IMG/VR virus record: IMGVR_UViG_3300014205_000183
Source: a virus
Taxonomy: Duplodnaviria; Caudoviricetes
Direction: 5' to 3' (one strand)
Length of the DNA stretch: 64,000 nt
Below the pieces are notes generated by a model. It was not told the DNA's origin and made no database searches. It saw only the letters and a program-made list of their open reading frames with translations. Positions 19,721 to 26,786 of the stretch are shown here, piece after piece. Numbering within the stretch: the stretch's first letter is position 1; each line of letters begins with the position of its first letter. A program made the position numbers and the translations under genes.

Positions 19721-19809
19721 TGGCGGATGAAGTGAGACTCGAACTCACAACGCCGTCTCTGGCGCTACTGCTTTTCAAGAGCAGCTCCCGTTCCAGCAGG
19801 AACTCATCC
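19721..19809 (-). tRNA. tRNA-Ser(TGA)
   Basis: Cloverleaf, long variable arm, GCCA. Confidence 0.85.
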
Positions 19810-19817
19810 ATATATTT

Positions 19818-19894
19818 TGGAGCACCCTCCCGGAATTGCACCGAGGTATTAATCGGGTTGCGACCGACCGCCTTACTGTCTTGGCTAAGAGTGC
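19818..19894 (-). tRNA. tRNA-Cys(GCA)
   Basis: Loop TC-GCA-AC, TCCA end. Confidence 0.85.
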
Positions 19895-19904
19895 ATATAA
19901 ATTT

Positions 19905-19985
19905 TGGTGCGCTAGGAGGGACTTGCACCCCCACGATTTCTCGGCAGATCCTAAGTCTGCTGCGTCTGCATTCCGCCACAAGCGC
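19905..19985 (-). tRNA. tRNA-Leu(TAG)
   Basis: Cloverleaf, ACCA. Confidence 0.9.
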
Positions 19986-19991
19986 ATAATC

Positions 19992-20068
19992 TGGTATCCT
20001 CGGTTGGATTCTAACCAACGACATCCTCTTTAGGAAAGAAGAACTCTGAACAGCTGAGCTACGAGGAT
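19992..20068 (-). tRNA. tRNA-Arg(CCT)
   Basis: Cloverleaf, CCA. Confidence 0.88.
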
Positions 20069-20069
20069 A

Positions 20070-20146
20070 TGGTGCTTCGAGTCGGACTTAAACCGACGGC
20101 ATCAGCCTTCGGAAAGCTGCGCTCTATTCATCTGAGCTATCGAAGC
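20070..20146 (-). tRNA. tRNA-Arg(CCG)
   Basis: Cloverleaf, CCA. Confidence 0.88.
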
Positions 20147-20151
20147 CTGTT

Positions 20152-20228
20152 TGGCGTTCATGGAAGGACTTGAACCTTCAGCCTCCTGGTCCGTAGCCAG
20201 GTGCTCTATCCAATTGAGCTACACGAAC
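20152..20228 (-). tRNA. tRNA-Arg(ACG)
   Basis: Canonical cloverleaf, CCA. Confidence 0.92.
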
Positions 20229-20234
20229 ATATTT

Positions 20235-20310
20235 TGGCAGGAGAGGCCGGAGTTGAACCGACGACATCCAGCTCCAGAGGCTGGCGTTCTACCAACTGAA
20301 CTACTCTCCA
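20235..20310 (-). tRNA. tRNA-Gln(CTG)
   Basis: Canonical cloverleaf, CCA. Confidence 0.9.
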
Positions 20311-20317
20311 ACGATTT

Positions 20318-20391
20318 TGGCTGAGGTGCATCGACTTGCACGATGATAACAGGCTCCAAAGGCCTGGGTCCTACTATTGAACGACACCCCA
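20318..20391 (-). tRNA. tRNA-Gln(TTG)
   Basis: Cloverleaf, CCA. Confidence 0.9.
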
Positions 20392-20425
20392 AAATTTTTA
20401 AAAGAGCCGGGTGGTTGTCCCCGGC

Positions 20426-20986
20426 TTATGCTTCAAGTTCAACATCCCAATAAACAAAGTCTTTCCAACTCTCGTGCGGCAGGTGCTTAAGAGCCTGAAT
20501 CTTCAGGGTTATTTCACGCTCAAGAGAGAGGTCGTACTTCGGCGCCTGGGGTGTGCACCACAAGTGCATTCCAGCTTGTGCCGGCGTTCGGTTAGCCTTC
20601 TTGCCGTTGCAAGCTAAGCAGCAGCATACAAGATTACGCCAATGACTTGTTCCACCCTGGTCACGAGGAACCACGTGGTCCCAGTGCATCTTCTGGATAG
20701 GTAAAAACGTCCGGCAATACTGACAATGCCCCCGGTCACGAATCCACAGATTCTTACGGGACAGCCGCATAACACGGCCACGCTTCTGGACATTGCCCGC
20801 AAAGTAAAGCAATCTGATAATAGCTGGGGCTTCCATAGCCTGCTTCCAGGAACGCAGATGCTTATCGGGGTAACTGGCAATGATTTCAGCGCGACCAGCT
20901 TCCACTTTCGTGATAGCATCTTCCCAACTAGCATACATATTCACAGGCGCATAGTTGCGGCTCAACACTAAACAAGTTGTACTCAT
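20426..20986 (-). CDS. HNH endonuclease (McrA-like)
   Basis: RDRGHCQYC, DHVVPRDQGG, NLVCCCLACNGKK; AGGAGG RBS. Confidence 0.9.
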   Translation of the reverse strand: MSTTCLVLSRNYAPVNMYASWEDAITKVEAGRAEIIASYPDKHLRSWKQAMEAPAIIRLLYFAGNVQKRGRVMRLSRKNLWIRDRGHCQYCRTFLPIQKMHWDHVVPRDQGGTSHWRNLVCCCLACNGKKANRTPAQAGMHLWCTPQAPKYDLSLEREITLKIQALKHLPHESWKDFVYWDVELEA

Positions 20987-21015
20987 TGAATTACCTCCTT
21001 TCTGTGATTAAGTTT

Positions 21016-21090
21016 TGGAGCGGCAAGCGGGCATCGCACCCGCGACATTCACCTTGGCAAGGTGACATTCTACTACTGAATTATTGCCGC
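21016..21090 (-). tRNA. tRNA-Gly(GCC)
   Basis: Cloverleaf, TCCA. Confidence 0.9.
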
Positions 21091-21102
21091 ATATTATAAA
21101 TT

Positions 21103-21176
21103 TGGTACCCCTACTTGGAATCGGACCAAGGTCCACGGATTAAGAGTCCGCTGCACTACCACTGTGCTATAGAGGC
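21103..21176 (-). tRNA. tRNA-Lys(CTT)
   Basis: Cloverleaf, CCA. Confidence 0.9.
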
Positions 21177-21177
21177 A

Positions 21178-21254
21178 TGGTGCTTCCGGTGAGTATCGCA
21201 CTCACGACCCCCTCATTAAAAGTGAGGTGCTCTAACTAGCTGAGCTACGGAGGC
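21178..21254 (-). tRNA. tRNA-Lys(TTT)
   Basis: Cloverleaf, CCA. Confidence 0.9.
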
Positions 21255-21269
21255 ATAATTTTAAATTTG

Positions 21270-21342
21270 AGCCTTCTGCCGGAGTCGCGCCGGCGACCTG
21301 CTGCTTACGAAACAGCTGCTCTACTGACTGAGCTAAGAAGGC
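21270..21342 (-). tRNA. tRNA-Thr(CGT)
   Basis: Cloverleaf, CCA not encoded. Confidence 0.85.
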
Positions 21343-21368
21343 ACGCCTGATGGCGCTTGGCTGTTATT

Positions 21369-21444
21369 TGGAGCCTGCGACCGGAGTTGCACCGATGACT
21401 TCCACATTACAAGTATGGCGCTCTACTGACTGAGCTACGCAGGC
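21369..21444 (-). tRNA. tRNA-Thr(TGT)
   Basis: Cloverleaf, CCA. Confidence 0.9.
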
Positions 21445-21585
21445 AAGTTTAAACCCACTACCGTCCTCCCCCGCCCCTCGTACGAATTTCACGTAGCCGC
21501 TTGGGTCAACCCGGCAGCAGATGACTTAATGACTCTATAAATCCGAGAAATGACAACATAAAACTTTTAAATGACAATATAAAAA

Positions 21586-21656
21586 TGGAACTGCGGGGAG
21601 TCGCACCCCGGTCTCGACTATGCCATAGTCGGATTCTACTGCTGAAATACAGCCCC
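21586..21656 (-). tRNA. tRNA-Ala(GGC)
   Basis: G3:U70, cloverleaf, CCA not encoded. Confidence 0.85.
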
Positions 21657-21666
21657 AGATTGATTT

Positions 21667-21742
21667 TGGTGGAATCGAAGGGCATCGAACCCTCAACCCC
21701 TAGCTTGCAAAGCTAGTGCTCTCCCAATTGAGCTACGACCCC
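21667..21742 (-). tRNA. tRNA-Ala(TGC)
   Basis: G3:U70, CCA. Confidence 0.92.
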
Positions 21743-21747
21743 ATATT

Positions 21748-21821
21748 TGGTACCCCTACGCGGTTATGCTCCGCGGTCAGATGGCTGAAAACCACCGGTT
21801 CTACTATTAAACTATAGGGGC
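21748..21821 (-). tRNA. tRNA-Glu(TTC)
   Basis: Cloverleaf, atypical T loop AGCATAA, CCA. Confidence 0.85.
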
Positions 21822-21829
21822 ATGAATTT

Positions 21830-21904
21830 TGGTACTCATATGGGGAATTGCACCCCAGTCAGACGGCTGAGAACCGCCGATCCTAACTACTGGACGATAT
21901 GAGT
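21830..21904 (-). tRNA. tRNA-Glu(CTC)
   Basis: Cloverleaf, CCA. Confidence 0.88.
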
Positions 21905-21912
21905 ATGTATTT

Positions 21913-21988
21913 TGGTGCGAACTCCCGGAATCGCACCGGGGACGCCAGCCTTTTCAGGGCTGCGCTCTACTGTCTGAGCTAAGTCCGC
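21913..21988 (-). tRNA. tRNA-Phe(GAA)
   Basis: Cloverleaf, CCA. Confidence 0.9.
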
Positions 21989-21998
21989 ATAATAATTT

Positions 21999-22074
21999 TG
22001 GCACGGGTAGTAGGATTTGCACCCACATCTCCAGGCTTAGAAAACCTGCACACTATCTATTGTGCTATACCCGT
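21999..22074 (-). tRNA. tRNA-Arg(TCT)
   Basis: CAGGT-TTTCTAA-GCCTG, GCCA. Confidence 0.85.
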
Positions 22075-22079
22075 AAGAT

Positions 22080-22201
22080 TGGAGGATTCCGCCAGGCTAT
22101 TCTGGACCGCCCGGCAATGCCCGCACGTCATACAGGCTTAGATACCGGTTACACACCGATGACGTCGGTGCAGTGGCGGAGCATTGCAACTCCCGGAACT
22201 C
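22080..22201 (-). ncRNA. CCA-terminated ~122-nt tRNA-like RNA of unknown class
   Basis: GAGTTCCG/CGGAATCC acceptor-like stem plus TCCA, several internal hairpins, no canonical D, T or anticodon loops. Confidence 0.5.
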
Positions 22202-22205
22202 TTTT

Positions 22206-22280
22206 TGGAGCGCCTGGCCGGATTCCCACCGGCGTAAGTCAGCTTGGAAGGCTGGTGGACAAGTACTATCCCACAGACGC
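22206..22280 (-). tRNA. tRNA-Gly(TCC)
   Basis: Cloverleaf, TCCA. Confidence 0.85.
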
Positions 22281-22513
22281 ATAATGTTAACAAAGGTGTG
22301 GTGGGCGCCCCGGATTCTCAGGTCCTGGCCGACCAGATTCCACTTCACCTTCAAATTTTAAAATCTCCGGTAGCCCGACTCGAACGGACTCAGGCGCCCG
22401 CTAAGGCCCCCTGCTACCCTTACATCATTCCCGAAGATATTGTACAGGAGACCATCCGCGTTGTCACGTAGAAGCCAGTTTTACCGCGTTTGCAGCCCGA
22501 ACCTGTTTACTTT

Positions 22514-22589
22514 TGGTAGCGCAGGTGAGAATCCAACTCACCGCCCCAGGCTTATGAGACCCGGATGCCCAGCAGGGCACCTCCGCGCA
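22514..22589 (-). tRNA. tRNA-Met(CAT), initiator-like
   Basis: 1:72 mismatch, CTCATAA loop, ACCA. Confidence 0.75.
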
Positions 22590-22592
22590 ATT

Positions 22593-22668
22593 TGGTATCG
22601 CCAGCTCGATTCGCACGAGCGACATCAGCCTTATGAGAGCTGCGTTCTTCTACCTGAACTATGGCGAT
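22593..22668 (-). tRNA. tRNA-Met/Ile2(CAT)
   Basis: Cloverleaf, CCA. Confidence 0.85.
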
Positions 22669-22676
22669 ATGAATTT

Positions 22677-22752
22677 TGGCTGTCCGGGCAAGGATCGAAC
22701 TTGCGACCTTCTCATTAACAGTGAGTTGCTCTGCCTACTGAGCTACTGGACA
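22677..22752 (-). tRNA. tRNA-Asn(GTT)
   Basis: Canonical cloverleaf, GCCA. Confidence 0.92.
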
Positions 22753-22783
22753 ATGAATTACTGTTATATTTATATGCGTGTTA

Positions 22784-23761
22784 CTAATTATTTTTTAAAC
22801 TTGTTCTGTACGCTTGATAATGGGATAAGGAACAGAAAAAATGAGATTGATTACATTTTTCTTTTTCTTTTATTCTCTTAACTTTTATAGCAAATAAGCT
22901 ATGACAATATGCACAGGATATTTGTGTATACGCGGCTCTTTTTATTCGACCCTGCTTTCCTTGTTCTACAAATGCCACACGGTGTGTGAGATTATTCTTA
23001 GTCCAATATCCGCGCCCTATTTTTGTATGTATCCCGTACAATTTACACCATTTTCTTATGGAATTTCCAGTTACTCCGTAAACCTGCGCTATTTTTGTGA
23101 TGGGCGAGGATTTAACTAATAATTGTAATTGCTCCATACTAGGTCTGTTCGTAATTTTTTTTACTGCATGCTGTCTGGCAGCACACGAGAGACATCGGGT
23201 GCTTACTTTTGAAATTATCGAACCACAATCAATGCAATTTTTGATCTTTCGTCTATTTTTACCGTTGGTGGTGGGTAGCTGCATATTACAATTAGGACAT
23301 ACTATTCTTAAATTTTCTATACGATAATCATCTCGATGTCCATTTATATGGTCAAGTATTAACGTTAATGGTTTTTCAAACCATTCTGGTCTTTGTCCAC
23401 ATAATGCACATATATTTTTTAAAATACCCTCTTTCAATAATCGATGTTTAAGTCCTCGATTATCTTTACACGGAGAGTGGTTTATAAGTAATTCACTAAG
23501 AGGTCTAGCAGGAACTCTGAACTTTAAATCCGCTCCTTGTTTAGCTTTAAAATGTTCAATATTTATTTTATCATAATCTAATCGTTCTTTTAACGCACGA
23601 AGTGCCGCGCCGTTCTTAACCCTACCAAAGTAAGACAGTATAGCTGAAAAGGACGAACATTTTTTAACAACCTGCTCAAAAGTATCCCGGTCTAAAGACC
23701 AGAACACTCCATTACGCTTTAGTTGTCTTTCTTTACTATAATGTTCTTGGTTCATATCCAT
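22784..23761 (-). CDS. HNH homing endonuclease with Zn fingers and HTH
   Basis: CALCG...LDHINGHRDDYRIENLRIVCPNC; AT-rich insert between tRNAs. Confidence 0.88.
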   Translation of the reverse strand: MDMNQEHYSKERQLKRNGVFWSLDRDTFEQVVKKCSSFSAILSYFGRVKNGAALRALKERLDYDKINIEHFKAKQGADLKFRVPARPLSELLINHSPCKDNRGLKHRLLKEGILKNICALCGQRPEWFEKPLTLILDHINGHRDDYRIENLRIVCPNCNMQLPTTNGKNRRKIKNCIDCGSIISKVSTRCLSCAARQHAVKKITNRPSMEQLQLLVKSSPITKIAQVYGVTGNSIRKWCKLYGIHTKIGRGYWTKNNLTHRVAFVEQGKQGRIKRAAYTQISCAYCHSLFAIKVKRIKEKEKCNQSHFFCSLSHYQAYRTSLKNN

Positions 23762-23801
23762 AATAAACTAAATAAAACAAAATAACAAAGCAAGAAAAAT
23801 A

Positions 23802-23878
23802 CAGGGCTGACGGGACTTGCACCCGCAAAAACCTCCCGCGTGACAGGCGGGCGCTCTAACTATTTGAGCTACAGCCCT
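23802..23878 (-). tRNA. tRNA-Asp(GTC)
   Basis: Cloverleaf, G73, CCA not encoded. Confidence 0.88.
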
Positions 23879-23890
23879 ATGAATTTTAAA

Positions 23891-23966
23891 TGGAGCCTTC
23901 AAGGAGAATCGCACTCCTGACCTCGTCCTTACCAAGGACGTGCTCTACTAACTAAGCTATGAAGGC
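23891..23966 (-). tRNA. tRNA-Thr(GGT)
   Basis: Cloverleaf, CCA. Confidence 0.9.
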
Positions 23967-23967
23967 A

Positions 23968-24053
23968 TGGCGGAGAAGGTGAGATTTGCACTCACAGACC
24001 ATCGCTGGTTGCGGCGTTTCCAACACCGTGCTCGACTACTGAGCGACTTCTCC
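23968..24053 (-). tRNA. tRNA-Ser(GGA)
   Basis: Long variable arm, GCCA. Confidence 0.88.
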
Positions 24054-24057
24054 ATTT

Positions 24058-24144
24058 TGGCGGAAGTAGAAAGACTTGAACTTTCATACCCTTTCGGGTT
24101 TGCCAGTTTTCGAGGCTGGTGACCTACCATTGGTCGATACTTCC
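24058..24144 (-). tRNA. tRNA-Ser(CGA)
   Basis: Long variable arm, GCCA. Confidence 0.9.
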
Positions 24145-24195
24145 ATCTTCACGTCTTCACGTTTACGTGAAACCATGATATTTCGTGAATAATAT

Positions 24196-24285
24196 TGGCG
24201 GAAGAGACAGGACTTGCACCTGCAAGACGGTTTTAACCGCCGGATGGTTAGCAACCACCTGCCTTACTGATTAGACTACTCTTCC
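24196..24285 (-). tRNA. tRNA-Ser(GCT)
   Basis: Long variable arm, GCCA. Confidence 0.9.
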
Positions 24286-24290
24286 ATATT

Positions 24291-24367
24291 TGGTACTCCG
24301 TAATCGAGTTGCACGATTGACCTTCGCCTTATCAGAGCGACGTTCTAACTAACTGAACTAACGGAGC
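24291..24367 (-). tRNA. tRNA-Ile(GAT)
   Basis: Cloverleaf, CCA. Confidence 0.9.
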
Positions 24368-24371
24368 AAGT

Positions 24372-24448
24372 TGGTACGGGAGATACGATTTGCACGTACA
24401 TATGTCACCTTATAAGAGTGATGCCTTAACTAGTCGAGCCACTCCCGT
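24372..24448 (-). tRNA. tRNA-Ile(TAT)
   Basis: TCACT-CTTATAA-GGTGA, ACCA. Confidence 0.85.
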
Positions 24449-24456
24449 GAGAATAT

Positions 24457-24531
24457 TGGCAGGCCGACTCGGACTCGAACCGAGGTCAATGGTTTTGGAG
24501 ACCACCACACTAACCGCTGTGCTATCAGCCT
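24457..24531 (-). tRNA. tRNA-Trp(CCA)
   Basis: Canonical cloverleaf, GCCA. Confidence 0.92.
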
Positions 24532-24538
24532 ATGAAAT

Positions 24539-24615
24539 TGGTCAGCATGACAGGATTTGCACCTGCGGTCTCTCGGTCCCGAACCGAGCGCACTACTGGG
24601 CTGTGCTACATGCTG
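24539..24615 (-). tRNA. tRNA-Pro(CGG)
   Basis: C1-G72, cloverleaf, CCA. Confidence 0.9.
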
Positions 24616-24698
24616 ATGATTTTAGCGGACACACCGGCGCAGACAACCGCAGAGAGGGTACTACCCATTGGAGCTGACTGTCCGACATGTCCTGGATT

Positions 24699-24775
24699 TG
24701 GTCGGGTAAGCCGGAATCGCACCGACGACATTCTGGTCCCAAACCAGACGCTCTACTTGGCTGAGCTACTACCCG
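24699..24775 (-). tRNA. tRNA-Pro(TGG)
   Basis: C1-G72, cloverleaf, CCA. Confidence 0.9.
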
Positions 24776-24791
24776 TAATACTTTAGAGTTG

Positions 24792-25544
24792 TTAATTTGT
24801 TTTTGTCTTAATCAAATTATGTAAAGTTTTTCTTCCTTTACCATGATTAAGACCACCCCACGTGGGTGTCATAGCATGACAATTAGGACATAAAACTTCA
24901 TGATTACCTGGTGTTTGATTGAAGGCATTGCCATCTTTGTGGTTTACTTGCAGTACACTTTTATTTGATGAGGGATTTGGCTTATTAAATCCACATTGTT
25001 GGCATTTGTAACCTGCTTCTTTTATTAGATAGTTTCGTAAGATACGAGGTATGGGCATCGGCCCGTTTTTTAAACCGGCTTTCCATTCAGTTATATATTT
25101 TTGTTGCCTATATTTTACTTGACAACTATGCGAACAATATTTTTGATTACCTGGTATCTCTTTTTGGCATTCTACACATTTTGAAATACTTGATTTTCTT
25201 TTAGGAAACATCCTGTTATTATACACCGCAGCACACGATCTGCTGCAAAAGATATTTTTACTTTTCTTTCTACGTGCCCTGTATTGTGTTAGTGTAAGTT
25301 CTTTTCCGCAGTTTATGCAATTAAGTTTTTCCCTAACCTTAAACCACTTATCCTGATTTAATTGAATGAGGCATTTTTTAGAACATACGGACTTTGGTCG
25401 ATATTTTAATCGAAAGTTACTTCTAACTATTGGTGCTTGGCAAACACAACATTTAACAACAGGCATACCTATAATATATCTTAAAGGAGTCGAAAAAGCT
25501 AATACAATACACCATATTAAGATATTACTATGTTCGAATCCCAA
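24792..25544 (-). CDS. HNH homing endonuclease with Cys-rich repeats
   Basis: CQQCG...LQVNHKDGN...NHEVLCPNCH. True start may be MPVVKC at ~25466. Confidence 0.85.
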   Translation of the reverse strand: MGFEHSNILIWCIVLAFSTPLRYIIGMPVVKCCVCQAPIVRSNFRLKYRPKSVCSKKCLIQLNQDKWFKVREKLNCINCGKELTLTQYRARRKKSKNIFCSRSCAAVYNNRMFPKRKSSISKCVECQKEIPGNQKYCSHSCQVKYRQQKYITEWKAGLKNGPMPIPRILRNYLIKEAGYKCQQCGFNKPNPSSNKSVLQVNHKDGNAFNQTPGNHEVLCPNCHAMTPTWGGLNHGKGRKTLHNLIKTKTN

Positions 25545-25556
25545 TATACTTTAAAA

Positions 25557-25632
25557 TGGGGTGTCGTACGGGTTCTGCCCCCGTGCCGCATCCTCCACAG
25601 GGATGTGTGCTTCTAGTTACACTAACGACACC
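25557..25632 (-). tRNA. tRNA-His(GTG)
   Basis: G-1:C73, CCA. Confidence 0.88.
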
Positions 25633-25749
25633 ATGATTTCATATGAGTATTTCCTGAAGGGGACCCACCGCTGTGGATGCCGGGTATCACCCCGGTTCAG
25701 GCAATGCGCCGCCTGATTTTAAGTCCCCTTCAAGAAACAAATTTTAATT

Positions 25750-25829
25750 TACCCCCACTGAGACTTGCACTCAGAAGCCGAAGCATAGAGGCTTAAACTC
25801 TACGTGTTTTCTAATTTCACCATGGGGGC
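25750..25829 (-). tRNA. tRNA-Leu(TAA)
   Basis: Variable arm present, CCA not encoded. Confidence 0.85.
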
Positions 25830-25841
25830 AAGGGCTAGTTT

Positions 25842-25917
25842 TGGTGCCGTCGGAGGTGGTTGCAACCTCACTGGGTGGCTTTTGAGACCACTATCTCTGC
25901 TCTTGGATTACGACGGC
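25842..25917 (-). tRNA. tRNA-Leu(CAA), short variable loop
   Basis: GTGGT-CTCAAAA-GCCAC, ACCA. Confidence 0.82.
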
Positions 25918-26014
25918 AAATTTGGTGCCGCCAGGACTCTCCCTAGGGGCAGTGGTCACACCACTGACATTCCACGAATGAATGCGATGAGCAGGTGTCG
26001 CTGATACATATGCA

Positions 26015-26102
26015 TGGTACTTCGGGTGGGACTTGCACCCACAGGTGAGCTTGCGCTCGCGTGCACCTCAAGCACGTAGCTATGCTATTCGCCTACCGAA
26101 GT
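26015..26102 (-). tRNA. tRNA-Leu(GAG)
   Basis: Long variable arm, ACCA. Confidence 0.88.
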
Positions 26103-26109
26103 ATGATTT

Positions 26110-26193
26110 TGGTGCGCCGTGATGGAATCGAACCACCTGTCCGTTAAGAACGCCGGGTTACAACCGGTTACCCCGCCATGGAGAATACGACGC
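26110..26193 (-). tRNA. tRNA-Tyr(GTA)
   Basis: Long variable arm, ACCA. Confidence 0.85.
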
Positions 26194-26216
26194 ATGAATT
26201 TTAAAAAGAAAAATAA

Positions 26217-26288
26217 TAGGGCCAGAAAGACTTGCACTTTCAACCTTCTGGATGTAAGCCAGCTGCGCTGCTATTGCGCCATGGCCCC
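26217..26288 (-). tRNA. tRNA-Val(TAC)
   Basis: Cloverleaf, CCA not encoded; first tRNA of the array. Confidence 0.85.
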
Positions 26289-26537
26289 ATATTTGAATAA
26301 TCGTACCTGAAATGTCAAAGATCTTATCACCCGGACGTTCCCCGTGTGCCAGTAGCTCCAGCGCGGCTTACGCGGCTTACGGAGTTCCCAGTATATCAAT
26401 TAGCTATCGACAAAAAAAGAACGCGCAGGCTAGTGTGTTGGCACCAACATGCGCGTTCTAATTTATACCTGATGGTTTGGATGGCCGTCCGTGCCACCAG
26501 GCTGTCGAAAATTTTCTAACTCTATCCTACTAAACCC

Positions 26538-26573
26538 AAAACAAAAAACCCTCGGTTTTGGCCGAGGGTTCTT
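26538..26573 (-). terminator. Intrinsic terminator (attenuator) upstream of the tRNA array
   Basis: AAGAACCCTCGG-CCAAAA-CCGAGGGTTTTTTGTTTT. Confidence 0.88.
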
Positions 26574-26601
26574 CTTTTATCTGTGCAAGAAAAAACCCTC
26601 G
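26563..26601 (-). promoter_or_regulatory. Antiterminator hairpin, mutually exclusive with the terminator
   Basis: CGAGGGTTTTTT directly after the leader stop pairs over 12 bp with GAAGAACCCTCG, the terminator's 5' arm. Confidence 0.8.
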
Positions 26602-26739
26602 TTAGGTTCGGTGTCCTTCCATATCATTATTGCCTAGTGTGGCAACAGTCATATAGACTGACAAACAAATGGGCTGCGCCCATACGCCTGTGCGTCTTTG
26701 ACTTTTGGATATAAATGGGGTTTTTAATAACGAAGACAT
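26602..26739 (-). CDS. 45-aa leader peptide containing all 20 amino acids
   Basis: AAGAGG RBS 5 nt before ATG; MSSLLKTPFISKSQRRTGVWAQPICLSVYMTVATLGNNDMEGHRT*. Below the ORF-track cutoff. Confidence 0.78.
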   Translation of the reverse strand: MSSLLKTPFISKSQRRTGVWAQPICLSVYMTVATLGNNDMEGHRT

Positions 26740-26786
26740 TTTTCCTCTTTTAACTTTTTAATGTTTCTAAATCTACAAGCTCCCTT

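Noticed and set aside
19721-19809. Selenocysteine tRNA
   Set aside because: The anticodon is TGA (Ser), not TCA, and the acceptor stem is 7 bp.
21999-22074. Amber suppressor tRNA (CTA seen in the loop), implying stop-codon recoding
   Set aside because: The stem register CAGGT/GCCTG centres TCT, so it is tRNA-Arg. Long conserved genes are intact in the standard code.
16592-26310. ORF-track entries overlapping the RNA genes (e.g. 16955-17326, 19590-20024, 22060-22718, 24390-24786)
   Set aside because: They are shadow frames over tRNA or Y-RNA genes, with no RBS or protein motifs.
26538-26780. T-box riboswitch ahead of the tRNA operon
   Set aside because: There is no T-box UGGNACC bulge or stem I motif. 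The leader has an RBS and ORF, which fits ribosome-mediated attenuation.
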